DNA of 64,000 bases, taken from Octopus sinensis. Taxonomy: Eukaryota. The notes under the pieces were generated by a model, which searched no databases, was not told the DNA's origin, and worked only from the letters and a program-made list of their open reading frames with translations. Made by a program: the position numbers and the translations under genes. Location: the NCBI RefSeq assembly GCF_006345805.1, contig NC_042997.1, positions 136,958,001 through 137,022,000 on the forward strand, in the 5' to 3' direction. Below, piece after piece: positions 1 through 13,009 of this stretch (position 1 is the first letter of the stretch; each line of letters begins with the position of its first letter).

Positions 1-10
1 TCTTTGACAG

Positions 11-2400
11 ATACAACAATGATGTGTTAAATCCTAGAATGTTCTATTGAGACATGAGAACTTCATGGCATTTAGCTGAAAGTAATAACTCTTATATGTG
101 TGTCTATGCCTTTGTATTTTATTCATTGGCAGATGTGTTGGATAACAGATGAAAATTCAATGAATTAGCTATCAGCTCTTTTTGTTTTCCCTGTTTGTCT
201 TTCCTCAACATCCAAAGACTTGTATTTACCTACACAACTGATTTAACAGTGACTGTTTTACCCCTTCAGCTGTGTCATTTTGCAGTTTGGATATGAACAG
301 AGTAAGCATGTTTCATTGTTATAACTATTGAAATTAGTAATGTTTACTTGCAATGTAGGATAGTAAAAGGAAAATGGTATAGTGGCTTTTTGTGTAAACG
401 TTGTTGTCAGTATTCTGGAAAATGTGCTTTATTTGTTTCTCACCAGATATTTAGATGATGAAATTGGAAAGTGTCTTGGTACATGTCACAGATTGAAGAT
501 AGGTAGGTTATTGCTTTCGCATATTAAGGTAAAGAAAATATCAGTTGATAGATGCAAAAGCCCTCCAGGAAAAGTACGACCGCCAGTAAAATTAAAGAAA
601 AACTTTGTTTACAGTTAATGTCCATTTCTTTTTCACCTGTGTATTGTATGCTTGGAAATATAACTATTATAAAGATAACTTTAAATTTCACATGTACAGA
701 TTTTGTATGTTCTAATTTGCCTGTGTGAAGGTTTCATCTCCTTTTTTTTTTTGTCCCTTGTAGTATTTATTTTTGCTTTGAGATGAAGATAGATTTTGTT
801 ATGAAATTTTACTGTTCGGTTCATGCCTGTTATTGGTAATATTTTACATTGCCTATTCTGCCTTGGTTGCGTAAATACTCTGTTCACAGAAAAAAACCTG
901 ACGGAAATGTATGAGGATGTTGAAGACTGTTAATATTGTCATGGAGTTACATTCAGTGAATTAGTGATTGGAGACTAATTCTGTTGGTAAGTCTGGATTT
1001 TATGTATTCAGTGTATGTGAATCTCTCTACCCTTGAAGCACTTTTTCCTTTCTCCCTTTTTAGTGTTAAATATTTTGAGCAAAATTTAGCTTCATGCTGT
1101 GGAATATCAAATGTTTGATCTCATTAGAAAAAAAATCCCAAAGAAAATGCTGTTGTGGATACATAAGCTTCGAAAATTAGGGCTTTTGGTTTCATTAACA
1201 AAGTATTTAGAAATGATTTTCTTATGAGGCTTCCTCATTAAATAAAGTTGCAAGAGGTTTGAGTTTTGCATTATCTTTTGTCTAGGATGAATATAACAAA
1301 TATGTACAGCAATACAAATAACCAAAGAAATCAAGCTTTGAAAAGAGCCCTCCATAAATTATGTCTCTGAAAGAATAAAGAAATCTTTACAAGAAAGGAA
1401 AGGTGTTTTGAGAGTAAGAGTTACTTTGTTGTTAATCAAACTGTTTAAATATTTTTTAGGTGTATTAAATATTTTGTACTCATTTTCTCTCTTCTGATGA
1501 ATTTTTTATAAGATTTTATATACATATAATAATGTATGTGTGAAAACACCACCATGTGTGTATAAATTTTGTGCTGGTGTGTGACATGATTTGGGTGTTG
1601 GTTTGTGTGTTCAATTCTTTTATTATGTGGTGTGTTGTCTGTAAGCAACACTTCAAGGATTGACACATTTCATACTACCTTTGTCCACTCAGCAGAACAT
1701 GAGGATCAGCAAATAGCAGATATGCCTCTGTTTAGTGGGTATAGTTTGTTACTCATCTGCAGATTAATTTTTTGTATTAAAAATTATATTTACTACTTAA
1801 TGTCAACTTTAGAATACTGAAGATTAGCAAGAAATACATATTTCCTGTTAGATTTTACTAATATTTTTGAAAGTATTTAAAAAAAAATTTATTTTCTATT
1901 TGTAACAACTCCTTTTTCTAGGTAGGTTGAACAATTGTTTAAAAGTTGCCCTGTACTGATGTGATCAATCACTTGAAGTTAATTATGATTTTGCAGCAAT
2001 AGATTGGCAGTTATGGCCTCCAGTGTCTTCTGGTAAACTTTCACTTACTGTATTTTATAAATGCTAATTAAAATTTGCATTTTTTTTTAATTAGCTGCTT
2101 TTTTTTCACTTCTGTTAAGTAGCTTATTTCAAATGATGTTTGTATATAAAATTTCCTTCTCTAACTGTACAGTAGACTTTGACTTGCACAAATTTTCTTT
2201 TATTTGTCTAGGATGAATTTAATAATCGCACATAATGATGGAATGGCAAAAGAACTTGAGCTCAAAATGAATTCTCATTAAAATTGAAGTTTCCAAATGA
2301 AATATTATTCCAAAGGAAAAACAGTCAGAAATTGATAAAATTATCTGTTGAAATTAAGAAGTTTTTCTTGTGATCACAAGAAGCTCATTATCATTAAAAT
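11..2400 (+). pseudogene. Putative decayed multi-exon gene or non-coding exon cluster (unidentified)
   Basis: Segments bounded by pyrimidine-AG acceptors and GT donors: 11-81 (gtaata), 133-248, 286-301 (gtaagc), 447-502 (gtaggt), 890-986 (gtaagt), 1286 onward, 1693 onward, 1997-2032 (gtaaac), 2212 onward. They give protein-like peptides (YLDDEIGKCL, EHEDQQIADMPLF, IDWQLWPPVSS) but with stops and no consistent joined frame. Confidence 0.4.
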
Positions 2401-3149
2401 GTCAGTTATTTCACTTGCTAATTAAATTGTGCTACTGAAACAAAATTTATGAAATACATTGTGAATATATACAAACAAAATAATTGAGTGGTCTGGAAAT
2501 GATAATAACTCACAAACGTAAAAGAGAAACATCAAAAAGTGCCAAACAAATATTTTAATTTTATTTTATTTATTGAAATTGTACAAGTGATGAAACTATA
2601 TGAAAACTGAAAAAATTGCATTGGCATATTTACTTATCAAATCTTCTGTAGGCATCTGGATAGTGGTAATATACTCCATGTTTGACAAAACACTGATACT
2701 ATTATGAATATAATTGTCTGTGTTTTAAATGGCTATCATGCATCTATAAAAAAAAAGATTCAGATGTAATTATTTATCAAATCTTATGAAAAGCTTAATA
2801 TGGCAATGTCTACTGAAAACCACCCTTACAGAATGAAATATATTCTGCAGAGAGTAATCTCCCCTATCTTGTATCAGTAAAAATTTTTGTTTTAAGACAT
2901 TTACTAATTAACATCCAAAATAAATAGTGCTGTTTATGATGTAAAGATAATTTTTTATGCTTAAAAATACAATTCTTGTATTCTTTTGGTGGTTTTAGTC
3001 TTTGGTATGTTTATTTTTATTGATCTCTCCCAAGATAACCAGGTGTAAGATGTGACAATCAATGTGGGACAAACGATATTTTTGTCCAATGCACTGACCC
3101 TATCATCCAATGTCAGTATACATGCACATATATAATTTTGTTCATGTTC

Positions 3150-3807
3150 TGTGGTGATGTGGATTAGACGGTTCAACAGTATCTGAGGGGCCTGAGATTC
3201 TCAGCTTAAGTGTGGTGTGTGTGTGTGTGTATATATATGTTACCATGTGTGTATCGTTGGCAATTTTTTTCACTCCGTCTTCCCTTCCTTGGATCTTTGC
3301 TTTTTCTATGTTTCTGACGAAGAGCTCCGCTCGAAACATTAAATCCTCCTTTTTTTCCTTTCCTGAGCGTCCAATAACACTATACTTGTTCAACATCCTC
3401 GCGTTGTGTTTTCTCTTTGAGTTAACTATATAAGTAACTTGCACGGACTCTGGAAATACATCTGCCATCACCAGAGAAAACAAAGCAACTACCCCCAGCG
3501 ACTTGCCTGACCTTTCATTGGACAAAAGCTACCTACCTGCCATTCTAATGGACACTGGCTAAACATCACTGCTGATATTTTTGTATAAATAGACATCATA
3601 AATCGCTGTAAGAGCAGTTGGCTTTTTGGTAGTCGACTGATGTAAATCGTGTCCCTCTCGCCTGCCACGCTCGCCACTCACGCCGCCTCGAACCTTTGTA
3701 CTGCTATTTCACGCCTGAAATAAATTGCTGTATAAACTTACACCTCTTGTCTGCTCGTCATTTCAACTACTGCTTTCGTCTGTCCAGTTTTGCTGATTAC
3801 GACCACA
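3150..3807 (+). mobile_element. Possible solo LTR interrupted by a PLE-like end
   Basis: TGTGGT...ACCACA terminal inverted repeat, TATAAAT at ~3586, AATAAA at ~3719; flanks gttc/gtcc are an imperfect 4-bp TSD. Confidence 0.35.
3240..3435 (+). mobile_element. Penelope-like pseudo-LTR fragment with hammerhead-like core
   Basis: CTGACGA-A-GAGC(tcc)GCTC-GAAAC at 3314-3337 in T-rich context next to (TG)n(TA)n. Confidence 0.5.
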
Positions 3808-3935
3808 GTCCTTTTCAGGGCTAATTCAAGTCTGATCTGAATGCGATAACAGTCCTTTTTAGGACTATTCTTGGATCGGATCTAATTGCGATAACCATCC
3901 TTTTAAGGGCTACTCTCAGATCAGACCAGAAGTAG
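3805..3935. repeat. About 46-bp tandem repeat, 3 diverged copies
   Basis: cagtccttttc/tagg(g/a)cta...gatc(t/g)ga...gcgataa repeated at ~3806, ~3850 and ~3895. Confidence 0.65.
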
Positions 3936-5314
3936 TGGCCAAGAATCGTACCCGCTACATATATATATATATATATGGCTGTATGCCCTTCCTAGAGCTA
4001 ACCACTTTGCAGAGTGTACTGGGTGCATTTTTTGTGGCACAAGTACTACTGAGGTCACAATGTAACTTGCAACACTAAAGAGCTCTCAACTGAGTGGGAG
4101 GATAGTAGAGAAGGTGACTTTATGCTAGGTGTTGAGAAGTTCAAAGTATGATGGAACAGGAATTACTTTGTTTTAGAAGAGATACATGCATGCAATTTCT
4201 ACCAATGGTAAAAGACACCTACTCTAAGTGTCGTGTTGGGGGAATGGTTCATAACGGTCATTGCAAAACTAACTTCTTAACCACCAGCCATCCTCATATT
4301 TTATATACAAAATTAAAATTTTAATAAAATGTATTGCAAACCAGAAAGTGTGAAATAAAGCAAAAAATGAGAAATATAAAATTTGAATGCATGTGCAACA
4401 AACAAGGAGTCGAAATCTTAAAAGTAATTTAATTACCTTCGAAAGTATTGTTTGGTTGAAAACATTATTTAATGTTGGTGTAGTTGCCTACAATTTCATG
4501 TTAATAATTTCATATATTTGTGTAATTTTCTCACAGTATTTTCAATATGATAAGAGAAAGAAACTTTCAATCTGGTATTTGAAACTAGTTGCTGCAGTTC
4601 TTGCTATAATGTAGCACCTGTCTTGGATGCAGTGGTAGTCCTTCAAATAAAGCTGTTGTAACTAAAATTTTTCAGCAAAAGTTGCCAATAACACTTGCAA
4701 AACATTGATTGATTGGTCTGTTAAATTTTCATAAATAAATATATAACCAATAAAAGAGAAAGCAGATACTTATTTGAGGCAGTGTTTTATGCAACCAGCT
4801 GTTTTCCCTGTCATCAACCTTTAACTGTTTTTCAAGTAAATAGTTAAATAGAAATATTCATCTAATTTTCCAAACTGTTGAGCTACAGAACAGTGACCAT
4901 TTGAAATGTCGACACTATTTTTTGCTCAAGTGATCTCATGTAAACAGTGGAAACGACAATTTCTCACAGCCACACAAGTATGTGTGTGTGAATATATATA
5001 TACACACATCCACACACAGGGTGCCCAATACGTTTTGCCCAATTCTTATTTTGAAAACTATTGTAGGTTTTTCAATTAATTTTATTGTATAGAACAATTG
5101 TCTGTCTCCTTGTTGTAAATCTTTGTGTTACCACGTGTAGCAATCCTGATTGAAAACATGCCACTCTACTTCGTAAGGATAATTGTAAATACATCCCGAA
5201 TTCTAGAAAAACCATACACACAGTTTTATATATCAGCACGCACCACATATGAATATATACACAAAACGAATTTAAATCATACTTTCTTCTTCACTGATGC
5301 ACTGCAGTGAGTAT

Positions 5315-5625
5315 CGTGCGCATATTATAAACATACCAACCATTGACTCCTTACATCTCTTGATTGTACATATAATTGTATCTTTTTCATTCACACATAC
5401 AATGAGGAAAGTGGGAACAGTTAACAACAAAAAATAAGATCTTCTTTATCTCCCTAACAAGTGCACACATTATAAACACACCAACCATTGACTCCTTACA
5501 TCTCTTGATTGCACATATAGTTGTATCTTTTTGTATACACACATACTACAATGAAGACAGCGGAAACAGCTAACAACAATAACAACAAAAAATAAAACAT
5601 CTTATTTATCTCCCTGACAAGTGTG
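5315..5625. repeat. About 150-160-bp tandem duplication upstream of the CR1-like ORF1
   Basis: Two copies of gtgc(g/a)ca(t/c)attataaaca(t/c)accaaccattgactccttacatctcttgattg...tttatctccct(a/g)acaa. Confidence 0.8.
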
Positions 5626-5679
5626 CTATATCTTCACGTCCTTTTTTTTTCTTTTCTTTGTTTACCTTTGTACTATGGT

Positions 5680-8600
5680 ACGGATGGGCAGACAGAACAA
5701 AACTTCCACGGTATCATCTGTGGATGAGCTGTGTGACAAAACTGGTCGCTGTCCTAAAATAGAGCATTGCCCGGCAAATCACATCTGTCATCTATGCACA
5801 AAACTCAAAAATTCCTTCTGAAATAGATGGGTTGAATGCAGTAAATGTCGTGTTTCAATCTGCTTTCAAGGTGCCACAAACTTTCAAAAGATCCCAGGTC
5901 AAAAAAAAAGGACACCATACTTCTATAATGGATAAACTCTGGGAAGAAATGGTCCAGCTACCAAACTGGTCATTTCAGTGCCTGACTTGTGTCCCCTGCT
6001 ACCATTGCTGCTGAACAGCAACAACGAAGTCCGACAACTGTGTCTTCCTCTGCCATTGCTGCTGAACAGCAAAAACCGAACTACTATGTCTCCCAAAACC
6101 AGTTCTGTTGATGAAGAACGACAACAAAAATTAAAGCTGCCCGTGTCTTCCTCTCCTGTCACTCTTCAACAACAGCAACAAAAATCGGCCATTCCTGTTG
6201 AAGAACATCAACAAAAACTTAAGACGCCCGTGTCTTCCTCCCCTATTGCTCTTCAACAACAAAAATTGATCATTCCAGCCGAAATACATCAGCAGGAACA
6301 AAAGCCAACCATGCCTTCCTCTCCCGATACTTCTCAACATCAACAAAAATCGACCATCAGCACAGAAGTTGCGGAAATTAGACAAATGATTTCTGCTTTA
6401 AGCCGCGAAATAGGAGGAATCAAAACCAGCGTCTGTGCAAAACCTCACAATGAGGGGTCGTATCGGAGTGCCTTGCTCAGCAATTTACCCATAGCTCTTA
6501 CGGAACCTTGACGCATTTAGGAAGTCACTGAATCAACCATTCATGAGGTAATTGCCATCAGAGTATCGGAAGACGTGGTAGATCTACAGGCATTTACTGG
6601 CAACACATCTAAGGACCTAAGCTGTGTTCCTCCAAAAATGGCTTTCTGCCTTAGCCGACCAGGATCCAAACCCAGATTGATTAGGCTGATGTTTTCAAAC
6701 TCTACTGAGGCGCGGGCATACAATCTAGCTGCTGATAGGCTCAGTGCGCAAACAATTACCTTTAGGACACGTCCTGGCCTGCCACCTGATGTATGCCCAA
6801 AGCTAAGATCTGTAGCTTCCCTAAATCGCAACTCAGTGCCACAGGAAAGTTTTAGCCTACATGATGATGGGCAAATATGGAAATTCATCAAGTCTGGTGA
6901 GTCGTGGATAAGGAATATCAGTTGGTCTGAGCAAACTGCACCCACAATAACTGGCAATACAAAAATCATGGGAAACTAAACAAGAACAATCAGCCATCCC
7001 CTGTATGTCATCACCATCTGAAATCCAGATACAAACTGTTGTCCTTAAATGCCCATAGTTTATGCAACAAGGTACATCTTTTTGACTCATGTCAAAAGTA
7101 TCGACCTAGATTTCATCACAGTCACAGAAACATGGGCACATTCTGCACTCTGTGATGGGGTTTTCAGCATAGCTGGCTACAACCTGTTCCACAAAGACCG
7201 CATTAATCGCTGTGGTGGGGTGTGATGGTTTATGTTCGATCAAATCTATCGGCAATTCCCTGTGATAATTTGAACCAATCTCAGCAGGGAGTATTTCTCT
7301 GCAATATACACATGACCATCTGAACACTTCTACTTGGAGTTGTTTACTGCCCCCCAAATTATCATCAAGACACACAACTTTTTGATATCCTCAGAGCTGC
7401 TGCCATGAAAACAGCCACTTTTGTTTATATTGCGGGGGACTTCAATTTCCCTGAAATTGACTGGGAGGCCTTCCGTTGGCTGCAAAGTGCAGATGATTTC
7501 CTTGAATTGGTACTGAATTCAAACTGGTCCCAAGTCGTTACCTCCCCCACAAGGGGTAACAACATTTTGGATCTGCTATTTACAGCTTCTGAAACAATTA
7601 TTAGTGTCACTACTGAAGAACCTTTAGGTGACTCTGATCATTCCATGATCATGGCCAACTTGTCTCTGATTGGTTGTAACAAAAACCACAACCATCTTCA
7701 AACTGCCCGCTTTGACTGGAATAAAGCAGACTGGAGCTCTTACTGTACCGAGCTGCGACGCCCAAACTGGTTCAAATTTTATGCCTCTGGAGATGTGAAC
7801 ACTATACTTCAGAACATTCTGAATTCAATATGGGCAGCATGTGCAGCATCAGTACCACGCAAGCACAAAAACCACCTGATAGTGCAATTTGGGAGACTGC
7901 AGATGTCCGACTTGCCAGGAAAGAATGCCGTAAGGCTGAACAGGAATACAAATTGCACAAATCAGAGATCAACAGGAAAAAGCACAATAGATCAGCCAAC
8001 CATCTCAAGCAGGTGACAAAGGCAGTGCTTGAATTTGAACAGCACATAGCAACCAACCCTGACAGCAAAGTGTTCTGGAAGTATGTACATTCAAAGCAGA
8101 GACCTCACTCTCCAGTTGGTCCCCTTCGCAATCCCCACACGGCAGATTACTGGCAATCCCAAAGAATATGCAGAAATCATTGCTGGATGCTATGCAGGCA
8201 TCTTTACTGTCAAAGATCAAAATGTTCCATCTCCATCACCTCTGACACCGGCCTTTATAACTACTATGAAATTTACACCAGCATTGCTACAATGCTACCT
8301 TAAGAATAAACGTAACTATGCCTCTCCAGGTCTCGAGAAAACTGCCAGTGTTATCCCTCTGTTCAAAAAAAGTGACTGCTCATCGCCTGTCAACTATCGC
8401 CCCGTTAATCTTACTAGCTGCATCACCAAACTGATGGAATCCTGTGTCAGAGAAACCTTCTGGAAGTCTCACAGCCTCATCCAGCCATCACAATTTGGAT
8501 TTATTCCTAACTCCAGCTGCTGTAATCAATTCATCGAGTTTCTTGACATTACCTAAATCACTGATTGCGGATCCTGGGTGGATGTTGTTTACCTGGACTT

Positions 8601-9750
8601 TGCTAAGGCTTTTAATTCTGTGCCACACAAAAGACTTATGGTGAAATTCTCTGCAATGGGTGTAAGAGATGATCTCTATAACTGGTTGAAGTCCTTCATT
8701 ATTGGCCGAAAAGAGGTTGTCACAGTTCTAGGACAGCACTCTTCATTCTATGAGATGACATCTGGTGTACCACAGGGATCTGTTCTTGGCCCCCTTTTAT
8801 TTGTTGCATGTGTTAAAATAAAGAAGACAGATTCTGTACACTATAGATCTCTATTGCAATCAGACCTGGACACAATGCAGCAGTGGATCATGGACTGGCA
8901 ACTCAAGCTGGCTGTGGACAAATGTACCACCATGCATTTTGGGAGGAAAAACCCAGCGTCTACTTACTCCCTCCACAACACTAATCTCAAAAGTCTTTTT
9001 GTGAACGTGACCTGGGCATTATTGTTGACAGCGATTTGCGTTGGACAAAGCACATTGCTAAAATTGCCAAGAAGGCTGAGGGTGTCTTAGCATCACTCAC
9101 CAAGTCCTTTGTGAGCTGCTCTCCGGCTATCTATCTGCGGCTTTATATAGCTATGGTGCAACCTCACCTGGAATTTGCATCACCGGTCTCGAACCCCTAT
9201 CTTGCCCAGGATATTAATTGTCTGGAAACCATTCAGCGACATGCAACCAAGAGAATACCTTCCATCAGGCATTTGCCATATTCTGAATGCCTTACTTCCC
9301 TGGGCATGGATACATTGAAACTCCGACGTCTGGCAGCTGATTTGGCAGACACCCATAAAATTATTAACCATCTTACAAACAATAACTCTGAGCACCTTTT
9401 CAAACTCCACCTGTCTAACACCCGTGGACATGTTTACAAAGTCAGAAAACAGCACAGCTCCCATGACTTTCAGAAACATTTTTTCACACTAAGAGTTGCT
9501 GAAGCATGGAACAAACTGCCAGCATCAGTTGTTAGTTGTCGGAGCACTGCATCCTTCAAAACTTCCATGCTTCCTGAGATTCGCCAACACTACACCTGAT
9601 TTTCTCCCCTCCATACACACACAAGCATGTATCTGACTCATACACTGTTCACTTTCCAGACATTTGTACATTACTGCATATGCTTTATATGCACTTTTGA
9701 CAAGTTGTGGTGCACCTGAGCACTGTATACAATAATTTCATTATTATTAT
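5680..9750 (+). mobile_element. Near full-length decayed CR1/L2-group LINE (ORF1 with PHD-like finger; ORF2 APE endonuclease + RT)
   Basis: ORF1 pieces: CHLC...WVECSKC...WSFQCLTC, Q-rich repeats, SRPGSKPRLIRLMF. ORF2 pieces: ITVTETW, IAGDFNFP, LDLLFT, GDSDH, VYLDFAKAFNSVPH, GVPQGSVLGPLLF. 3' tail ends ataatttcattattattat. Multiple frameshifts. Confidence 0.9.
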
Positions 9751-10065
9751 GATGATGAATAATAACTACAAATGAAACAATGATACAACAATGATAACTA
9801 TGCTTCCAACTGCTCACCTTTTTCATCAGATGATGCAGTAGCGGGTCATCCCAATGTGGGTGCGTTGTTTACAGACCCGGTTGTTTTGAACTTGTTAATG
9901 AGTGACTGTTCCTGCCCTGAACTACATGAATATGAAATTCTTCATTGAGGTGATGACTTGCCTCAGCTACATTTGGGTCCACACTGATAGTGATGTCGGA
10001 CAGCAGCAATTCGTTGATTCCAATTCAGTCTAAAAGACAAACCTGCAATAATACAATAAAATGTA

Positions 10066-12180
10066 CATCATCATCATCATTTAACGTCCGCTTTCCATGC
10101 TAGCATGGGTTGGATGGTTCAACTGGGGTCTGGGAAGCCAGAAGGCTGCACCAGGCCCAGTCTGATCTGGCAGTGTTTCTACAGCTGGATGCCCTTCCTA
10201 ACGCCAACCACTCCGTGAGTGTAGTGGGTGCTTTTTACGTGCCACTGGCACAGGTGCCAGACGAGGCTGGCAAATGGCCATGATCGGATAGTGCTTTTTA
10301 CGTACCACCGGCACGGGGACCTGACAAAGCTGGCAACGGCCTCGGTCAGATGGTGCTTTTTATGTGCTACCGGCACGGAAGCCAGTCGGGCGGCGCTGGC
10401 TACGGCCACGTTCGGATGGTTCTCTTACGTGCCACCGGCACTGGTATCACAGCTACAAATTCCATTGATGTTGATAGATTACGATTTTGATTTTGATTTT
10501 CACTTGCCTCAACAGGTCTTCACAAGTGGAGTTTTGTGTCCCAAGAAGGAAAGGAATGCATAAGTGGGCTGGCTACATGCCAGGTGTAGGCCACGGGATT
10601 ATGGCCTCACTTGTCCTGCCGGGTCTTCTCACGCACAGCATACTTCCATAGGTCTCGGTCTCTAGTCATTTCCTCGGTGAGACGTAAAGTTCAAAGGTCA
10701 TGCTTCACCACCTCGTCCCAGGTTTTCCTGGGTCTACCTCTTCCACAGATTCCCTCAACCGCTAGGGTGTGGCACTTTTTCACACAACTATCTTCATCCA
10801 TTCTCGCCACATGACCATACCAGCGCAAACGTCTCTCTTGCACACCACAACTGATGCATCTTAGGTCCAACTTTTCCCTCAAAGTACTTACACTCTGTCG
10901 AGTATGAACACTGACATTACACATCCATCGGAGCATACTGGCTTCATTTCTTGCAAGCTTCTGCATATCCTCAGCAGTCACGGCCCATGTTTCACTGCCA
11001 TGTAGCATAGCTGTTCGTACACATGCATCATACAATCTGCCTTTTACTCTGAGCGAGAGGCCTTTTGTCACCAGCAGAGGTAAGAGCTCTCTGAACTTTG
11101 CCCAGGCCATTCTTACTCTAGCAGTTACACTTTCAGCGCACCCATCCCCGCTGCTGACTCGGTCACCTAGGTAACGGAAACTATCAACTACTTCTAGTTT
11201 TTCCCCTGGAAAGTAACGGAAGTTGTTTTCTGCAGATTTTCAGTGTTTATTGCTCCTGAGCATCTGCCACATACAAAAACTATTTTCCTAGTTAGCCTTC
11301 CTTTGACATTGCTGCACCTCTTATGTGTCCATAGCTTACATTTGGTGCATCTTATAGAGTTTCTACCTACGCCTTTTCTACAGATCGAGCAGGGCCATCT
11401 ACCTGAGGGTGTTTGTGATTTGTCTACCTTCCTACTTATTAGAACTTTGGTTTTACCTAGGTTGACTCTAAGGCTCTTCGATTCTAATCCTTGCTTCCAC
11501 ACCTGAAACCTCTCCTCCAGTTCTGATAGTGACTCAGCAATTAGGGCAAGGTCATCAGCATAGAGGAGCTCCCAGAAGCAACCTGTCTTGAATTCCTCCA
11601 TTATTGCTTGGAGGACTATGATAAATAGGAGGGGGCTGAAGACTGAACCTTGGTGGACCCCTACCTCTACCCGGAATTCTTCACTGTACTCGTTGCCAAC
11701 CCTCACCTTACTAACAGCGTTCCTGTACATGTCTTGTACAGCTCTCACTAACCATTCATCTATCCCTAGTTTCCTCATTGACCACCAGATAAGGGATCGG
11801 GGGACCCTGTCAAAGGCTTTCTCCATGTCGTCGAAAGCCAGTTACAGAGGTTTATCTTTGGCTAGGTATTTCTCCTGCAGCTGTCTTACCAGAAATATGG
11901 CATCAGTGGTGCTTTTCCCTGGCATGACTCCAAACTGCATCTCGTCCAAGTTGACTCTCTCTCTAATCAGTTGGGCTATGACCCTCTCCGTAACCTTCAT
12001 TACCTGATCCAACAGCTTGATACCTCTGTAATTATTTGTATCTAGGGCGTCACCTTTACCTTTGTAGCAGTTGACTATTATGCTGCTACACCAGTCATTG
12101 GGAATGACTCCTTCGTGTATCACCTGGTTAACTATACGGGTGACTAGGCTATAGCCGACACTGCCAGATATTTTGAGCAT
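10066..12180 (-). mobile_element. 5'-truncated RTE-clade LINE with in-RT Zn finger and repeat-containing 3' UTR
   Basis: MEKAFDRVP, GVHQGSVFSPLLF, LLYADDL, MLHGSETW, RLRWYGHV, GRGRPRKTW; (GAT)n tail at 10066-10080. Confidence 0.92.
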
Positions 12181-12433
12181 AATAAAATAAAAATCGGGTG
12201 AAACTCTCTGGACACACTGTATATATAATGAGCTTTCATAGAATTTGTCTGCCAGTGGCATTTTCTCAAAGTGCTATGCATTCAGGCTGAATTTAAAGTT
12301 CTTAACCCCACACAGCCATACCTGTGACTCAATGGACAAAAACATAAATAGGAAAAATAAAATTGTAGGAATTGTGTTAGTGCATTTAAATATTGCTTTG
12401 GCCTCATATACTTGCATTTTTCATTAAAATGTT

Positions 12434-12802
12434 AGGAGTGGCTGTGTGGTAAGTAGCTTACTTACGAACCACATGGTTCCAGGTTCAGTCCCACTGTGTG
12501 GAATCTTGGGTAAATGTCTTCTACTATAGCCTCGGGCCAACCAAAGCCTTGTGAGTGGATTTGGTAGACGGAAATTGAAAGAAGCCTGTCGTGTATATGT
12601 ATGTGTGTCTGTGTTTGTCCCCCCAACATGGCTTGACAACTGATGCTGGTGTGTTTACGTCCCTGTAACATAGCAGTTTGGCAAAAGAGACCAATAGAAT
12701 AAGTACTAGGCTTACAAAGAATAAGTCCTGGGGTCGATTTGCTCAACTAAAGGTGGTGCTCCAGCATAGCCCCAGTCACATGATTGAAACAAGTAAAAGA
12801 GT
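12434..12802 (+). mobile_element. tRNA-derived SINE, family A
   Basis: tRNA-like head ggagtggctgtgtggtaag...ggttcagtccc, CORE-like ttggg(c/t)aa(g/a)tgtcttc, internal (TA/TG)n, aagtaaaagag tail; same family as 38995 and 56701. Confidence 0.85.
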
Positions 12803-13009
12803 ATATAATAACACATAAAACTTAAAGATTTCTCAAATTGGTGCCAACTACTCTTAGCCATCACTGCAACTAGTTTCAAAAATGAACTTGAAAGTTATCT
12901 CATATTCCATCCAAAAGAACACATGTGAGAAAAAGTATCATAGATTTATTTCATTTGCATTGTAATCAATATGGAAAAATAAAAAAAAATATTTATAAAC
13001 AAGTGTTTA

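Larger units (their letters stand above)
5017..12219 (-). mobile_element. Tc1/mariner-like DNA transposon split by two LINE insertions
   Basis: Degenerate TIRs cagggtgcccaatacgttttgccc (5017) and cagtgtgtccagagagtttcaccc (reverse strand, ending 12219, followed by TA). Transposase N-terminal HTH remnant on - at 9818-10040 (NQRIAAVRHHYQ...SLINKFKTTGSVNNAPTLG*PATA). Confidence 0.5.

Noticed and set aside
16-80. C/D snoRNA-like atgatg...ctga (also gtgatga...ctga at ~2587)
   Set aside because: Imperfect C box or too short, no terminal stem and no convincing rRNA guide.
890-986. Selenoprotein reading from three in-frame TGA codons
   Set aside because: Another frame with TAA stops looks equally protein-like, the TGA contexts are not Cys-like, and no SECIS was seen.
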